Of a stretch of 34,814 nt of DNA, positions 1 through 9,347 are shown piece after piece; the first letter of the stretch is position 1; each line of letters opens with the position of its first letter. Below the pieces are notes generated by a model. That model worked only from the letters and a program-made list of their open reading frames with translations. It was not told where the DNA came from and did no database searches. This DNA is from Candidatus Levybacteria bacterium RIFCSPHIGHO2_01_FULL_36_15b (GTDB lineage: Bacteria > Patescibacteriota > Microgenomatia > Levybacterales > UBA12049): contig MFNK01000003.1 of assembly GCA_001782045.1 (NCBI GenBank), forward strand, positions 167,905 to 202,718. Reading direction: 5' to 3'. The position numbers and the translations under genes were made by a program.

Positions 1-1
1 C

Positions 2-1063
2 CCCCAATCAGTCCCAAACAATAAATTTGGCATTCATATACTTTTTCCGGAAGAGATAGGAGAAGCCGCTGCTTTGGTTAACTCGTCCGGAGGAGACTGG
101 GGATATGTAACCATTCCGATAAGAGCATCCGATAAAAACCTTAAAAAATGGCAGACTTTTATGGATGAGTGCAAAAAACATCATTTAATTCCAGTAATAA
201 GAATTGCAACGGAGGGTGATTATTTTATAAATGGTTCGTGGGAGATTCCTAGCAAATATTATGTAATAGATTTTGCAAATTTTTTAAATTCCTTAAATTG
301 GCCTACAAAAAACAGATATATTGTTATATTTAATGAACAAAATAGAGGTGACGAATGGGGTGGTGTACCCGACCCTGTTGCCTATGCGGATATTCTTAAT
401 TATGCCGTAGATATTTTTAAATCAAGAAACAGTAATTTCTTTATTATTTTTGGAGGACTTGATAATGCCGCTCCAAATGTTTATGGACAATATATTAATC
501 AGCTTGATTATATTAGGCAAGTTGAATACGCAATACCCGGAGTTTTATCTAAGATAGACGGAATTGCGGTTCATTCATATCCTAATCCCGGCTTCTCATC
601 GCCACCTACTTATCAGGGGCAAAACAGTATTCATGCCCATAATTATGTAAAAAATCTGTTGTATCAAATTACAGGAAAGAATGTACCAATATTTATTACG
701 GAAACCGGATGGAGCAATGCCAGTATTCGCTATCAAACCCAAGCAGGGTATTATAAAACCGCTTTTGAAAATGCATGGAGCGATTCAAGTGTAATTGCCG
801 TAACTCCGTTTTTACTCTTAGCAAACACAGAGCCTTTCGGACAGTTTTCATTCATAAAAAATGGAACTAAAACAGAATTGTATAAAGCGTATCAGAACTT
901 TGATAAAACAAAAGGAGCACCAATGCTTGAGCCTTTAATAAAACAGCAAAATAATAATATTGAAATAACTAATATAATCGATTTCAGCGAAAAAATTAAA
1001 AAATCAATTGATATACTAGATAATAATGCAAAATATTTCTTTAAGTGGCTCCTGAATATTTAA
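2..1063 (+). CDS. Clan GH-A (GH5/GH39-like) glycoside hydrolase-like protein, 5'-partial
   Basis: The frame is open from position 2 (PQSVPNNKFGIHILFPEEIGEAAALVNSSGGDWGYV...), so the true start lies upstream of the window. Carries an FNEQN acid/base-like motif, HSYP and an ITETGW nucleophile-like motif typical of TIM-barrel GH-A. Confidence 0.7.
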   Translation, partial: PQSVPNNKFGIHILFPEEIGEAAALVNSSGGDWGYVTIPIRASDKNLKKWQTFMDECKKHHLIPVIRIATEGDYFINGSWEIPSKYYVIDFANFLNSLNWPTKNRYIVIFNEQNRGDEWGGVPDPVAYADILNYAVDIFKSRNSNFFIIFGGLDNAAPNVYGQYINQLDYIRQVEYAIPGVLSKIDGIAVHSYPNPGFSSPPTYQGQNSIHAHNYVKNLLYQITGKNVPIFITETGWSNASIRYQTQAGYYKTAFENAWSDSSVIAVTPFLLLANTEPFGQFSFIKNGTKTELYKAYQNFDKTKGAPMLEPLIKQQNNNIEITNIIDFSEKIKKSIDILDNNAKYFFKWLLNI

Positions 1064-1069
1064 CCCATA

Positions 1070-1078
1070 TGGTATAAT
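1070..1078 (+). promoter_or_regulatory. Extended -10 promoter (TGgTATAAT) for the ykuK-like operon
   Basis: TGGTATAAT at 1070-1078, ATG 13 nt downstream at 1092, no SD. Confidence 0.55.
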
Positions 1079-1091
1079 TTAGTACCTAAAC

Positions 1092-1610
1092 ATGAATAGT
1101 GACCTAACAGATGAAATTTTTCAAAGCAAAACCCATGGGCTTTTAACAATTGCAGGAATTATAGATAGAATAAAAGTTTTTTTGGAAGAAAAGCCTGATT
1201 CAGAATACAGCCTTGTTATTGGAACAGATTCCCATGAGAAAAAAACTATTGGAAACGGCGGCAGCACAATTAATTTGGTAACTGCAATTCTAATTCACAG
1301 AAAAGGATTTGGAGGAAAATATTTTTGGAGAAAAGAACAGCAAAGAAATATTCATACATTAAGAGATAAAATCTATAGAGAGACCTTAACTTCGTTAACA
1401 TTTGCTTCAATATTTGTTCCCATGTTTAAAAAAGCCTTAAACGGCACGGCTCCTAAATACCATTTGGAAATTCATGTCGATGTAGGCGAGCATGGCGATA
1501 CTAGGGAAATGATAAAAGAAGTGGTAGGAATGGTAACGGGAAATGGATATGTTGCAAAGACAAAACCCGATGCATATGCAGCCTCCTACGTTGCAGACAA
1601 GCATACATAA
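1092..1610 (+). CDS. Ribonuclease H-like YkuK/DUF458 family protein
   Basis: LVIGTDS, HRKGFGG, LRDKIYRET, LEIHVDVG, VVGMVTGNGY and KPDAYAASYVADKHT motifs match the YkuK family. Confidence 0.85.
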   Translation: MNSDLTDEIFQSKTHGLLTIAGIIDRIKVFLEEKPDSEYSLVIGTDSHEKKTIGNGGSTINLVTAILIHRKGFGGKYFWRKEQQRNIHTLRDKIYRETLTSLTFASIFVPMFKKALNGTAPKYHLEIHVDVGEHGDTREMIKEVVGMVTGNGYVAKTKPDAYAASYVADKHT

Positions 1611-2003
1611 ATGAAAAGCCAAAATCTTGAGTGGGAAGATGCAAAAGACGTTAAGCAAAAAATTACAGAGCTTCTTACGACTCTTGATATGCCACATATT
1701 AAAATAGAAAATATTCATTGTTTCAGAACGACAGGCTCCAAATCAAGAGCTTATGCAAGAATTTGGTCTATGCCAAAGATTTTTCAAAGAGCATTAAATC
1801 TTGAACCCAACTACGTAATTGAAGTTTTATCAAAGTATTATGATAGATTATCAGAAGATGCAAAATCAAAAGTATTAATTCATGAACTCTTGCACATTCC
1901 GCAAAATTTTTCAGGAGCCCTAGTTCCCCACAAAACCAGATCTAGGCATCTTGGAAAAACAGCGAATATACTTTTTGATCTTTTTATGTCTAGAAAGAAA
2001 TGA
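1611..2003 (+). CDS. Predicted metallopeptidase (HExxH; COG4900-like)
   Basis: GSKSRAYARIW...YVIEV...LIHELLHIP..FSGAL.PH pattern; abuts the upstream gene (TAAATG). Confidence 0.7.
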   Translation: MKSQNLEWEDAKDVKQKITELLTTLDMPHIKIENIHCFRTTGSKSRAYARIWSMPKIFQRALNLEPNYVIEVLSKYYDRLSEDAKSKVLIHELLHIPQNFSGALVPHKTRSRHLGKTANILFDLFMSRKK

Positions 2004-2680
2004 TTACAATAGTACATGGCAATGATACTGCCTCTTCCAGAAAATTTTATATAGAAGATAAAGCTGGTTCATCCTCACACGTTCTTATTGATAAAATTAA
2101 CTACGATTTTATCTTTCAGTCAATAGAGGGAAATTCTTTGTTCGAAGAAAGCAAAAATATTTATATAGAAAACTTTTTCTCAAATACTAAATCTAACTCA
2201 AATGAGTTTAAAAAAATAGTTGATTATTTAAATTCTATCAAAAAGAATAATATATTCTTTTGGGAAGGAAAAGAACTTTCAAAAACGCAACAATCTGTTT
2301 TTAAAAACGTCTTAATTAAAACTTTTAGCTATCCCTCGACACTTTTTCAGTTTCTTGATTCTTTAGGTCCCCAGAGCAAACGTTCTTTATCCTTATTTAA
2401 AGAGCTTGAAAGGTCTATGGAAACGGAATTAATTTTTTACATGCTTATAAGGCAATTTAGACTTCTTTTATCAGTCCAGGAATCTAGCCATTTAATAGAT
2501 GAAGCAAAAAGATTGCAGACTTGGCAAAGGTCCAAGTTGCAAAAACAGTCAAGTTACTTTGGAAAAGAAAAGTTACAAGAAATCTATAAAAAATTATATA
2601 AAATTGATTACCAAACAAAATTTGGCTTAACTCCCTTTAACTTATCTAGCTCAATTGACATTTTTCTTGTCAATTTATAA
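2000..2680 (+). CDS. holA: DNA polymerase III delta subunit-like, short form
   Basis: N-terminal MITIVHG; C-terminal FYMLIRQFRLLL...WQRSKLQKQ...LYKIDYQTKFG matches the HolA C-terminal collar. Only 226 aa. Confidence 0.65.
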   Translation: MITIVHGNDTASSRKFYIEDKAGSSSHVLIDKINYDFIFQSIEGNSLFEESKNIYIENFFSNTKSNSNEFKKIVDYLNSIKKNNIFFWEGKELSKTQQSVFKNVLIKTFSYPSTLFQFLDSLGPQSKRSLSLFKELERSMETELIFYMLIRQFRLLLSVQESSHLIDEAKRLQTWQRSKLQKQSSYFGKEKLQEIYKKLYKIDYQTKFGLTPFNLSSSIDIFLVNL

Positions 2681-2683
2681 TAT
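2655..2683 (+). promoter_or_regulatory. Sigma70 promoter for pmm/pgm, leaderless-type
   Basis: TTGACA(2655-60)-17 nt-TAATAT(2678-83)-6 nt-ATG(2690). The -35 is one arm of an 8-bp inverted repeat. Confidence 0.65.
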
Positions 2684-2689
2684 AAACAA

Positions 2690-4072
2690 ATGAGCATTGA
2701 TCCCTCAATCTTTAAATCCTACGACATCCGCGGAATTTATCCCACTCAAATAGATGAAAAAAAAATTGCACAAATCGCTAAAGCCATTTTCGTCTTTTTT
2801 CAAAAAAAACTAAATAAAGAACAACCCACAATACTTCTTGCTTATGATATGCGGCTATCGGGACCTCAGCTTTTTAGTTCTGTAAAAAATGCTTTGATTG
2901 AAATGGGTGCAAATGTTGTTGACGCAGGACAATTGTCCACCCCATCCTTCTACTTTGCCGTATTCCATTACAAATATGATGCAGGCATTCAAGTTACTGC
3001 TTCTCATAACCCAAAAGAATGGAACGGTATAAAATTTGTTATGTCAGGACCGACCGGACTTATAAAAATAGGGAAACCAACCGGTATGGAAGATGTACAA
3101 AAATTATCTATGCAAGATCTAAAGCCTACAGGTATAAAGGGAACCGTGGTTCAAAAATCTGGGATACTTGAAGACGAAGTAGTGGAAGCGAAAAAGTTAG
3201 TCGATACTTCATCTTTGAAAAAATTAAAAATAATTGCAGATCCTGCAAATGCAATGGGCGCTCAGTATATAGAAGCATTGTTTAAAACTGTTCCATCTGA
3301 ATTAATCAGGATGAACTTTGAACTTGACGGCAATTTTCCTGTACACGAGCCCAATCCTCTTAAGTTTGAAACGCTTGTAGATTTGCAAAAAAGAGTCGTT
3401 GAAGAAAAAGCTGATCTAGGTCTCGCAACAGATGGTGATGCAGATAGATTATTCTTTATAGATGAAAAAGGACAGATTGTTCCTTCAACTTGCATTACAG
3501 CAATTGTCGCCAGAGAGCTTTTGAAAAAATATCCAGGAGAACTTATCTATTTTGACATCCGGGATATATTGGGACCGCTAAAACTTATCGAAGAATTTGG
3601 TGGAAAGTCAGAAATCGTAAGAGTTGGACACGCTTATATAACAGAAGCCATGAATAAAACTGGAGGAATTTTTGCCGGTGAATCATCGGGCCATATGTTT
3701 TTCAGGGCAAATGGAAATGCAGAATGGAATCTACCGATAATTCTAATAATTCTAAAAGTAATATCGGACGAGAATAAACCTCTCTCAGAAATCATAAAGG
3801 AAGTTAAAAGAAGCTATGAATTGCCTGAATATAATTTTGAGGTTACAAATTCAAAAGAAATTCTTGAAAAATTAAAAGAAAAATATAAAGACGGAAAATT
3901 TTGGGATATTGACGGAGTATCGATTTCTTATGATGATTGGAGATTTAATGTTAGAACCTCTAATACGGAACCGCTTTTAAGACTTAACGTAGAAGGGTAT
4001 AATGGTGACGAAGTTGAAAAGCGTTATGAAGAATTAAAATCTTTTATAGAAAGCGTAGCAAAGCATGAATGA
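2690..4072 (+). CDS. Phosphomannomutase/phosphoglucomutase (alpha-D-phosphohexomutase)
   Basis: FKSYDIRG, TASHNP (phosphoserine), DGDADR (metal-binding), GESSGH, RTSNTEPLLRLNVE. Confidence 0.93.
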   Translation: MSIDPSIFKSYDIRGIYPTQIDEKKIAQIAKAIFVFFQKKLNKEQPTILLAYDMRLSGPQLFSSVKNALIEMGANVVDAGQLSTPSFYFAVFHYKYDAGIQVTASHNPKEWNGIKFVMSGPTGLIKIGKPTGMEDVQKLSMQDLKPTGIKGTVVQKSGILEDEVVEAKKLVDTSSLKKLKIIADPANAMGAQYIEALFKTVPSELIRMNFELDGNFPVHEPNPLKFETLVDLQKRVVEEKADLGLATDGDADRLFFIDEKGQIVPSTCITAIVARELLKKYPGELIYFDIRDILGPLKLIEEFGGKSEIVRVGHAYITEAMNKTGGIFAGESSGHMFFRANGNAEWNLPIILIILKVISDENKPLSEIIKEVKRSYELPEYNFEVTNSKEILEKLKEKYKDGKFWDIDGVSISYDDWRFNVRTSNTEPLLRLNVEGYNGDEVEKRYEELKSFIESVAKHE

Positions 4073-4499
4073 TTTCGATAAATCAAAATTCACCAATATA
4101 CCCTTTTCAAAACGTGTTGAAAAACCTTGGGGGTATGAAATTATATTTACCTCCCCAGACCTTCCATACACAGGAAAAGTAATGCATCTTAACGCTGGAA
4201 CACGACAAAGCCTACAAATTCATGACAAAAAACAAGAAACATATTTTCTTGGTTCAGGTAGAGGTGGAGTTATAATTGAAAATTCGAAAGGAGAAATGGA
4301 AACAATCGAGTTTGAAAAAAATAAAGGATATACTACGAACGTTGGTCAAAAACATCGTATATATTCCATAACAGATTGCGACATATGGGAAGTTTCTATG
4401 CCCGAAACGGGAACAACGTATAGACTTGAAGACGACTATAATCGCCCAGACGAAACAGAAGATCTAAGAAAGGACCCAAATAGAGGGTGGAATGAATAA
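4065..4499 (+). CDS. Cupin protein, mannose-6-phosphate isomerase type II C-terminal-like
   Basis: KPWG, SLQIH.KKQET, KHRI, EVS and RLEDDYNR motifs. Confidence 0.75.
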   Translation: MNDFDKSKFTNIPFSKRVEKPWGYEIIFTSPDLPYTGKVMHLNAGTRQSLQIHDKKQETYFLGSGRGGVIIENSKGEMETIEFEKNKGYTTNVGQKHRIYSITDCDIWEVSMPETGTTYRLEDDYNRPDETEDLRKDPNRGWNE

Positions 4500-5109
4500 G
4501 GATTTTACAGATAAACATTATGCTCCTAGACTTCACGAGAAAATGGTAGATGTTTTAATGGATCCAAGCGCTCCTGGACCAAAAGTTCATTACCATATGG
4601 TTAGAGGCGGAAGTAATCAAAGAAACATTACCATATGGGAACCCGGGTTGGTTGGAAAAGAATATATTAAGACATACGGACATTATCACGTTGGTAAACT
4701 TGACGAAACATATTGGGTAATTTTTGGGGAAGGTATAGTTTTAGTCCAAAAGAGAGTTCTTGATAGTAGTGGTAACCCGATAGACGACGAGATTGAGGAT
4801 GCATATGCCGTACATGTTAAACCGGGTGATGCAATATATATGCCTTCAGAATGGGGACATTTAGTAGTAAACATCTCAAACACTTATTTTGTCACTGCCG
4901 ATGATTCCCCTGTTAACTTTGATGAAGAAAATCCTGTTTCTTTTCCAGGACACGCAGATTACGAGGCTGTGAAAAAAATGCAGGGATTTTGTTACTACAT
5001 AGTAAATGAAAATGGAAAACCAACTTTAGTAAAAAACGAAAAGTATAAAAAAATTCCTGAAATTAAAATAATAGAAATAAATGAATACCCCCTCAAGAAA
5101 TCTGCTTGA
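4492..5109 (+). CDS. Cupin-type (archaeal-like) glucose-6-phosphate isomerase family protein
   Basis: ITIWEPG.VG.EY.KTYGHYH....ETY....GEG...YMPSEWGH.VVN...DY..VKKMQGF, the cupin PGI family pattern. Confidence 0.8.
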   Translation: MNKDFTDKHYAPRLHEKMVDVLMDPSAPGPKVHYHMVRGGSNQRNITIWEPGLVGKEYIKTYGHYHVGKLDETYWVIFGEGIVLVQKRVLDSSGNPIDDEIEDAYAVHVKPGDAIYMPSEWGHLVVNISNTYFVTADDSPVNFDEENPVSFPGHADYEAVKKMQGFCYYIVNENGKPTLVKNEKYKKIPEIKIIEINEYPLKKSA

Positions 5110-5134
5110 TAATTTAAGTAATTAAATTCATAAT
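5106..5134 (+). promoter_or_regulatory. Sigma70 promoter for ppsA, leaderless-type
   Basis: TTGATA(5106-11)-17 nt-CATAAT(5129-34)-6 nt-ATG(5141). Confidence 0.55.
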
Positions 5135-5140
5135 AATCCT

Positions 5141-7414
5141 ATGGCACACTCTGCCCCAAATTTGGTGTGGTTTAGACAAGTAGATAAAGAGGATATTGCA
5201 CTCGTTGGAGGAAAAGGAGCTAATTTAGGAGAAATCACAAGAGCAGGCTTTAATGTACCCCCCGGATTTATTATAATTTCTAAAGCGTATTTTAATTTTG
5301 TTAAAGACAATAGTTTAGAGTTAAAAATAAAACATCTGCTTTCCACCGTCAATCTAAAAAATCAAAAATCTTTGGAGCAGGTCTCTTTGCATATTAAAAC
5401 ACTAATTATCAATTCAAAAATTTCAGAAGAATTAGCATTAGAGATAGTTAATAATTATAGAAAACTAGGAGGTGCAATAAATGAGCCACTTGTGGCCGTC
5501 AGATCTTCAGCTACCGCAGAAGATCTAAAAACAGCTTCTTTTGCAGGACAGCAAGAAACCTTTTTAAATGTTAAAGGAGACTCTGTTTTAATTGAAAAAG
5601 TAAAAGAAGCATGGGCTTCCCTCTACGACGCAAGAGCAATTTTCTATAGACACGAACAGCGGTTTGATAACAAAATAATTGGGATCGCACTGGTTGTTCA
5701 AAAAATGATAGAGTCAGAAAAGTCAGGGGTTATGTTTACTATAGATCCACTTAGTAATGACAAGAGGAAAATTGTAATCGAGGCAATATTGGGACTTGGA
5801 GAAATGATTGTTCAAGGAGAAGAAAAACCCGATAGATACGAAGTTGATAAAGAATCTTTTTCTATTATTAGCAAAAATATTTCAACACAAAAGTTTTTAC
5901 TTTCAAAGAAAGGAACCGAGAACAAAAAAATCAAAATAAGTAGTACAAAAGGAAGCGCTCAGAAGTTATCAGAAAAAGAAATACTGGAATTAGCAAGGGT
6001 TGGCAAAGACATAGAAAAGCATTATTATTTTCCGCAAGACATTGAATGGGCTATTGAGGGGAACAAAGTATATATTGTACAAACAAGATCTGTGACAACT
6101 ACAAAAATAGTTAATAAGTCTAATATAGAAAATACCAGTAAAACTCTAGGTAAATTGCTTTTAAAAGGAGATCCGGCGAGTCCAGGAATATCTTCTGGTC
6201 TTGCCAAGGTTATTAAAAGCTCAAAAGAAATGGATAAAATACTAAACGGCGACGTTTTAGTAGCTCCGCAAACAAATCCGGACTATGTTCCCGCAATGAA
6301 AAGAGCATCTGCAATAGTTACTGATTCGGGAGGAAGAACCTCACATGCAGCAATTGTTTCAAGAGAACTTGGTATTCCTGCAATTGTTGGTACTGAAAAC
6401 GCAACGACTGTTTTAAAAAACGAGAAAATTATAACAGTGAACGGTTCGACAGGCGAAGTATTTAAAGGGGGATTCGTCAAAAGTATTATTCCACAAGAGC
6501 AAATTGATACCGATATTAAAACTGCTACAAAAGTTTACGTAAATTTGGCAGAACCTGAAGCAGCAGAGCGCGTTGCACAAAGAAATGTTGATGGCGTAGG
6601 GCTTTTACGGGCGGAATTTATGATGGCAGAAATTGGCATACATCCCAAAAAACTAATAAAAGACGGCAAAGCAGATTTATTTGTTGACAAACTAAGTGAA
6701 GGATTGACAAAATTTTGCAAAGCATTTAACCCTAGACCTATTATTTACAGAACTTCAGATTTTAAAACTAATGAATATAGAAACCTAACAGGAGGTAAGG
6801 ACTATGAACCATTAGAAGAAAACCCAATGCTTGGGTTTAGAGGAGTATATAGATATATTCAAGATGAAGAAGTTTTTAAACTAGAGCTTAAAGCTATTAA
6901 AAGAGTAAGGGAAAAAGAAGGATTTAAAAACCTTTGGATAATGCTACCTTTTGTAAGAACAGTTGAAGAGTTAGTTAAGGTAAAAAAAATAATAAATGAC
7001 TTTGGGTTAGAAAGGTCCCCACATTTTAAATTATGGATGATGGTTGAAATTCCTTCAAATGTAATAATGCTGGAGCAGTTTATAGATGTTGGAATAGATG
7101 GCATTTCTATTGGCTCAAACGACTTAACTATGCTAATTTTAGGTACAGATAGAGACAACTCGGAACTTGCTCATGAATTCAACGAAATGAATCCTGCTGT
7201 TCTATGGGCGTTTGAACACGTTGTTCGTACTGCAAATAAAAAAGGAATAACTTCATCTATGTGTGGACAGGCGGTTTCAACATATTCAGAGCTAACAAAA
7301 AGATTGGTTAAACTCGGAGTAACAAGTGTGTCGGTGTCACCCGACGCAATTGAGAACACCAGAAAATTAATTATGCATTTTGAAAAGGAGCATTTAAGAA
7401 ATGGCAAAAATTAA
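5141..7414 (+). CDS. ppsA: Phosphoenolpyruvate synthase (pyruvate, water dikinase)
   Basis: VGGKGANLGE, AVRSSATAED, SFAGQQET, QDIEWA, GGRTSHAAIVSRELG (phospho-His), ENPMLGFRG, SIGSNDLT, CGQ. Confidence 0.96.
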   Translation: MAHSAPNLVWFRQVDKEDIALVGGKGANLGEITRAGFNVPPGFIIISKAYFNFVKDNSLELKIKHLLSTVNLKNQKSLEQVSLHIKTLIINSKISEELALEIVNNYRKLGGAINEPLVAVRSSATAEDLKTASFAGQQETFLNVKGDSVLIEKVKEAWASLYDARAIFYRHEQRFDNKIIGIALVVQKMIESEKSGVMFTIDPLSNDKRKIVIEAILGLGEMIVQGEEKPDRYEVDKESFSIISKNISTQKFLLSKKGTENKKIKISSTKGSAQKLSEKEILELARVGKDIEKHYYFPQDIEWAIEGNKVYIVQTRSVTTTKIVNKSNIENTSKTLGKLLLKGDPASPGISSGLAKVIKSSKEMDKILNGDVLVAPQTNPDYVPAMKRASAIVTDSGGRTSHAAIVSRELGIPAIVGTENATTVLKNEKIITVNGSTGEVFKGGFVKSIIPQEQIDTDIKTATKVYVNLAEPEAAERVAQRNVDGVGLLRAEFMMAEIGIHPKKLIKDGKADLFVDKLSEGLTKFCKAFNPRPIIYRTSDFKTNEYRNLTGGKDYEPLEENPMLGFRGVYRYIQDEEVFKLELKAIKRVREKEGFKNLWIMLPFVRTVEELVKVKKIINDFGLERSPHFKLWMMVEIPSNVIMLEQFIDVGIDGISIGSNDLTMLILGTDRDNSELAHEFNEMNPAVLWAFEHVVRTANKKGITSSMCGQAVSTYSELTKRLVKLGVTSVSVSPDAIENTRKLIMHFEKEHLRNGKN

Positions 7415-8657
7415 AACAATATCTGCACGAGAAATATTAAATTCTAAAGGAGAGCCAACAATAGAAACAACAGTTATTCTTTCTGATGGAGCAGTTGGAA
7501 TATCGTCTGTTCCAAGCGGCACATCCATTGGCAAATACGAAGCTCTAGAACTTCGCGATAACGACGAAAAAAGATTTGAGGGAAAAGGAGTGCTGAATGC
7601 GGTTAATAATGTACAAAAATATATTTTTCCTGCAATTTCAGGAATGGAGGCAAGTAATTTATCCGTAGTAGATAAAAAGCTAATAGAACTTGATGGAACA
7701 TCTAATAAACAAAAACTCGGAGCAAACTCAATACTTTCCGTATCAATTGCCGTAGCCAAGGCAGCAGCTAAAAGCTCTGTACTTCCTACCTTTTTATATT
7801 TAAGAGAGTTTACAAAGAAAGAAGCGGAAATAAAAGTTCCGACACCCTCTTTTAATATTTTAAATGGTGGAAAACATGGAGATGGAAATATTGATTTTCA
7901 AGAGTTTTTAGCAATACCTGCAAGTTCTAAAACCTACTCTGAGGGATTAATGCACGGAATAAATGTATATTCTTCCTTAAAAAAGACAATTCAGCAAAAT
8001 AACTTGTCAACGCTAACCGGATTAGAAGGTGGATTTTCACCAAAATTAGCCTCAAATCAAGACGGATTGCTTTTAATTAAGCAAGCAATCGAGGCAATTA
8101 ATTTAAGACTGGGTTTTGACATGTTTATTGGATTAGATCCCGCTGCTAATGAGTTTTATTTAGAAGGAAATTACCGGATAAAAGATAAAGCAACTGCGCT
8201 GTCTTCTAAGGAGTTAATTGAATTTTATACTATGCTAAATTCTCAATACCATCTTTTATACCTTGAAGATGGGTTGGCAGAAGATGATTGGGGCGGATGG
8301 CAGGAATTATATACCACAATGTCAAAAGACACTTTAATAGTTGGAGATGATTTAATTGCTTCAAACCCTTTTAGGCTACAGGAGGCAATTCAAAAAAATA
8401 CGATAGGTGGAGTTGTAATTAAACCAAATCAAATAGGCACAGTAATTGAAGCACTAGCAGTTTGCGAAATGGCAAAGCAAGCAGGCTTAAAAGTTACTGT
8501 TTCACACAGAAGCGGAGAAACTACGGATGATTTTATTGCAGATTTTGCAGTCGCAGCGGGTGCCGATTATGTTAAGTTTGGGGCACCGGTCAGAGGCGAA
8601 AGAGTTGCTAAGTATAACAGGCTTCTTGCCATTGAAAAGCAAATTGCTTCACTTTAG
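7401..8657 (+). CDS. eno: Enolase
   Basis: VPSG.S.G..EALELRD, LGANSIL, QEF, EGGF, LEDG, VGDDL, KPNQIG, SHRSGET, ERVAKYNRLL. Confidence 0.95.
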   Translation: MAKIKTISAREILNSKGEPTIETTVILSDGAVGISSVPSGTSIGKYEALELRDNDEKRFEGKGVLNAVNNVQKYIFPAISGMEASNLSVVDKKLIELDGTSNKQKLGANSILSVSIAVAKAAAKSSVLPTFLYLREFTKKEAEIKVPTPSFNILNGGKHGDGNIDFQEFLAIPASSKTYSEGLMHGINVYSSLKKTIQQNNLSTLTGLEGGFSPKLASNQDGLLLIKQAIEAINLRLGFDMFIGLDPAANEFYLEGNYRIKDKATALSSKELIEFYTMLNSQYHLLYLEDGLAEDDWGGWQELYTTMSKDTLIVGDDLIASNPFRLQEAIQKNTIGGVVIKPNQIGTVIEALAVCEMAKQAGLKVTVSHRSGETTDDFIADFAVAAGADYVKFGAPVRGERVAKYNRLLAIEKQIASL

Positions 8658-9347
8658 GTTAAATAACACGGTTAATTCCCCTCTTACCTTGGTTTTTGAA
8701 TATATTTGAATGAATTCTTGGATATTTTTTTGCTCAGTATTTTCGTAAATTTTTGTCAGCTCTCTTGAAATTGTAATTTGTATATTTCCGAAAACTTCCA
8801 TTAAGTCTTCCAAGGTCTTTAATATTTTATGAGGAGATTCATAGAAAATAATTGTTGATTTAATAAATTCTTGCGATTTTTTAATATTTTCAAAAAGTTT
8901 AATTCTGTGTCCTCTTTTTAACGGAGGAAATCCTATAAAAAGAAATTTATCCGTAGGTAAGCCACTTGATGAAAGAGCAGTTATTACAGCAGAAGCCCCA
9001 GGAATTGAGATAACTTTTATACCTAAAAGCCTACATTCTCTAACTAATTTAAATCCCGGATCCGAAATTGTAGGGGTACCCGCATCAGACACAAGTGCCA
9101 CGTCCATTTCATTTTTAAGCATATTAATTACCTGAACCATTTTTCCTTGCTCATTCTTCTCGTAAAATGGAAAGAATTTTCCAATTAATTCTTTTTCTTT
9201 GCCTAAAAAATACTTTTTAATAAGTATGGAGGTAGTTCTTGTGTCTTCACACGCAATAAAATCCACTTTCTCAAGAACCTCCAACGCTCTTGAGGTTATG
9301 TCTTGTAAATTTCCTATTGGTGTTGCTACAATGAACAATGTTCCCAT
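8649..9347 (-). CDS. rsmI: 16S rRNA (cytidine1402-2'-O)-methyltransferase
   Basis: MGTLFIVATPIGNLQDIT.RAL, ACEDTR, VSDAGTP.ISDPG, FYESPH, RELTKIYE, RGE. The family start is the ATG at 9347, not the track start at 9383. Confidence 0.95.
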   Translation of the reverse strand: MGTLFIVATPIGNLQDITSRALEVLEKVDFIACEDTRTTSILIKKYFLGKEKELIGKFFPFYEKNEQGKMVQVINMLKNEMDVALVSDAGTPTISDPGFKLVRECRLLGIKVISIPGASAVITALSSSGLPTDKFLFIGFPPLKRGHRIKLFENIKKSQEFIKSTIIFYESPHKILKTLEDLMEVFGNIQITISRELTKIYENTEQKNIQEFIQIYSKTKVRGELTVLFNLK

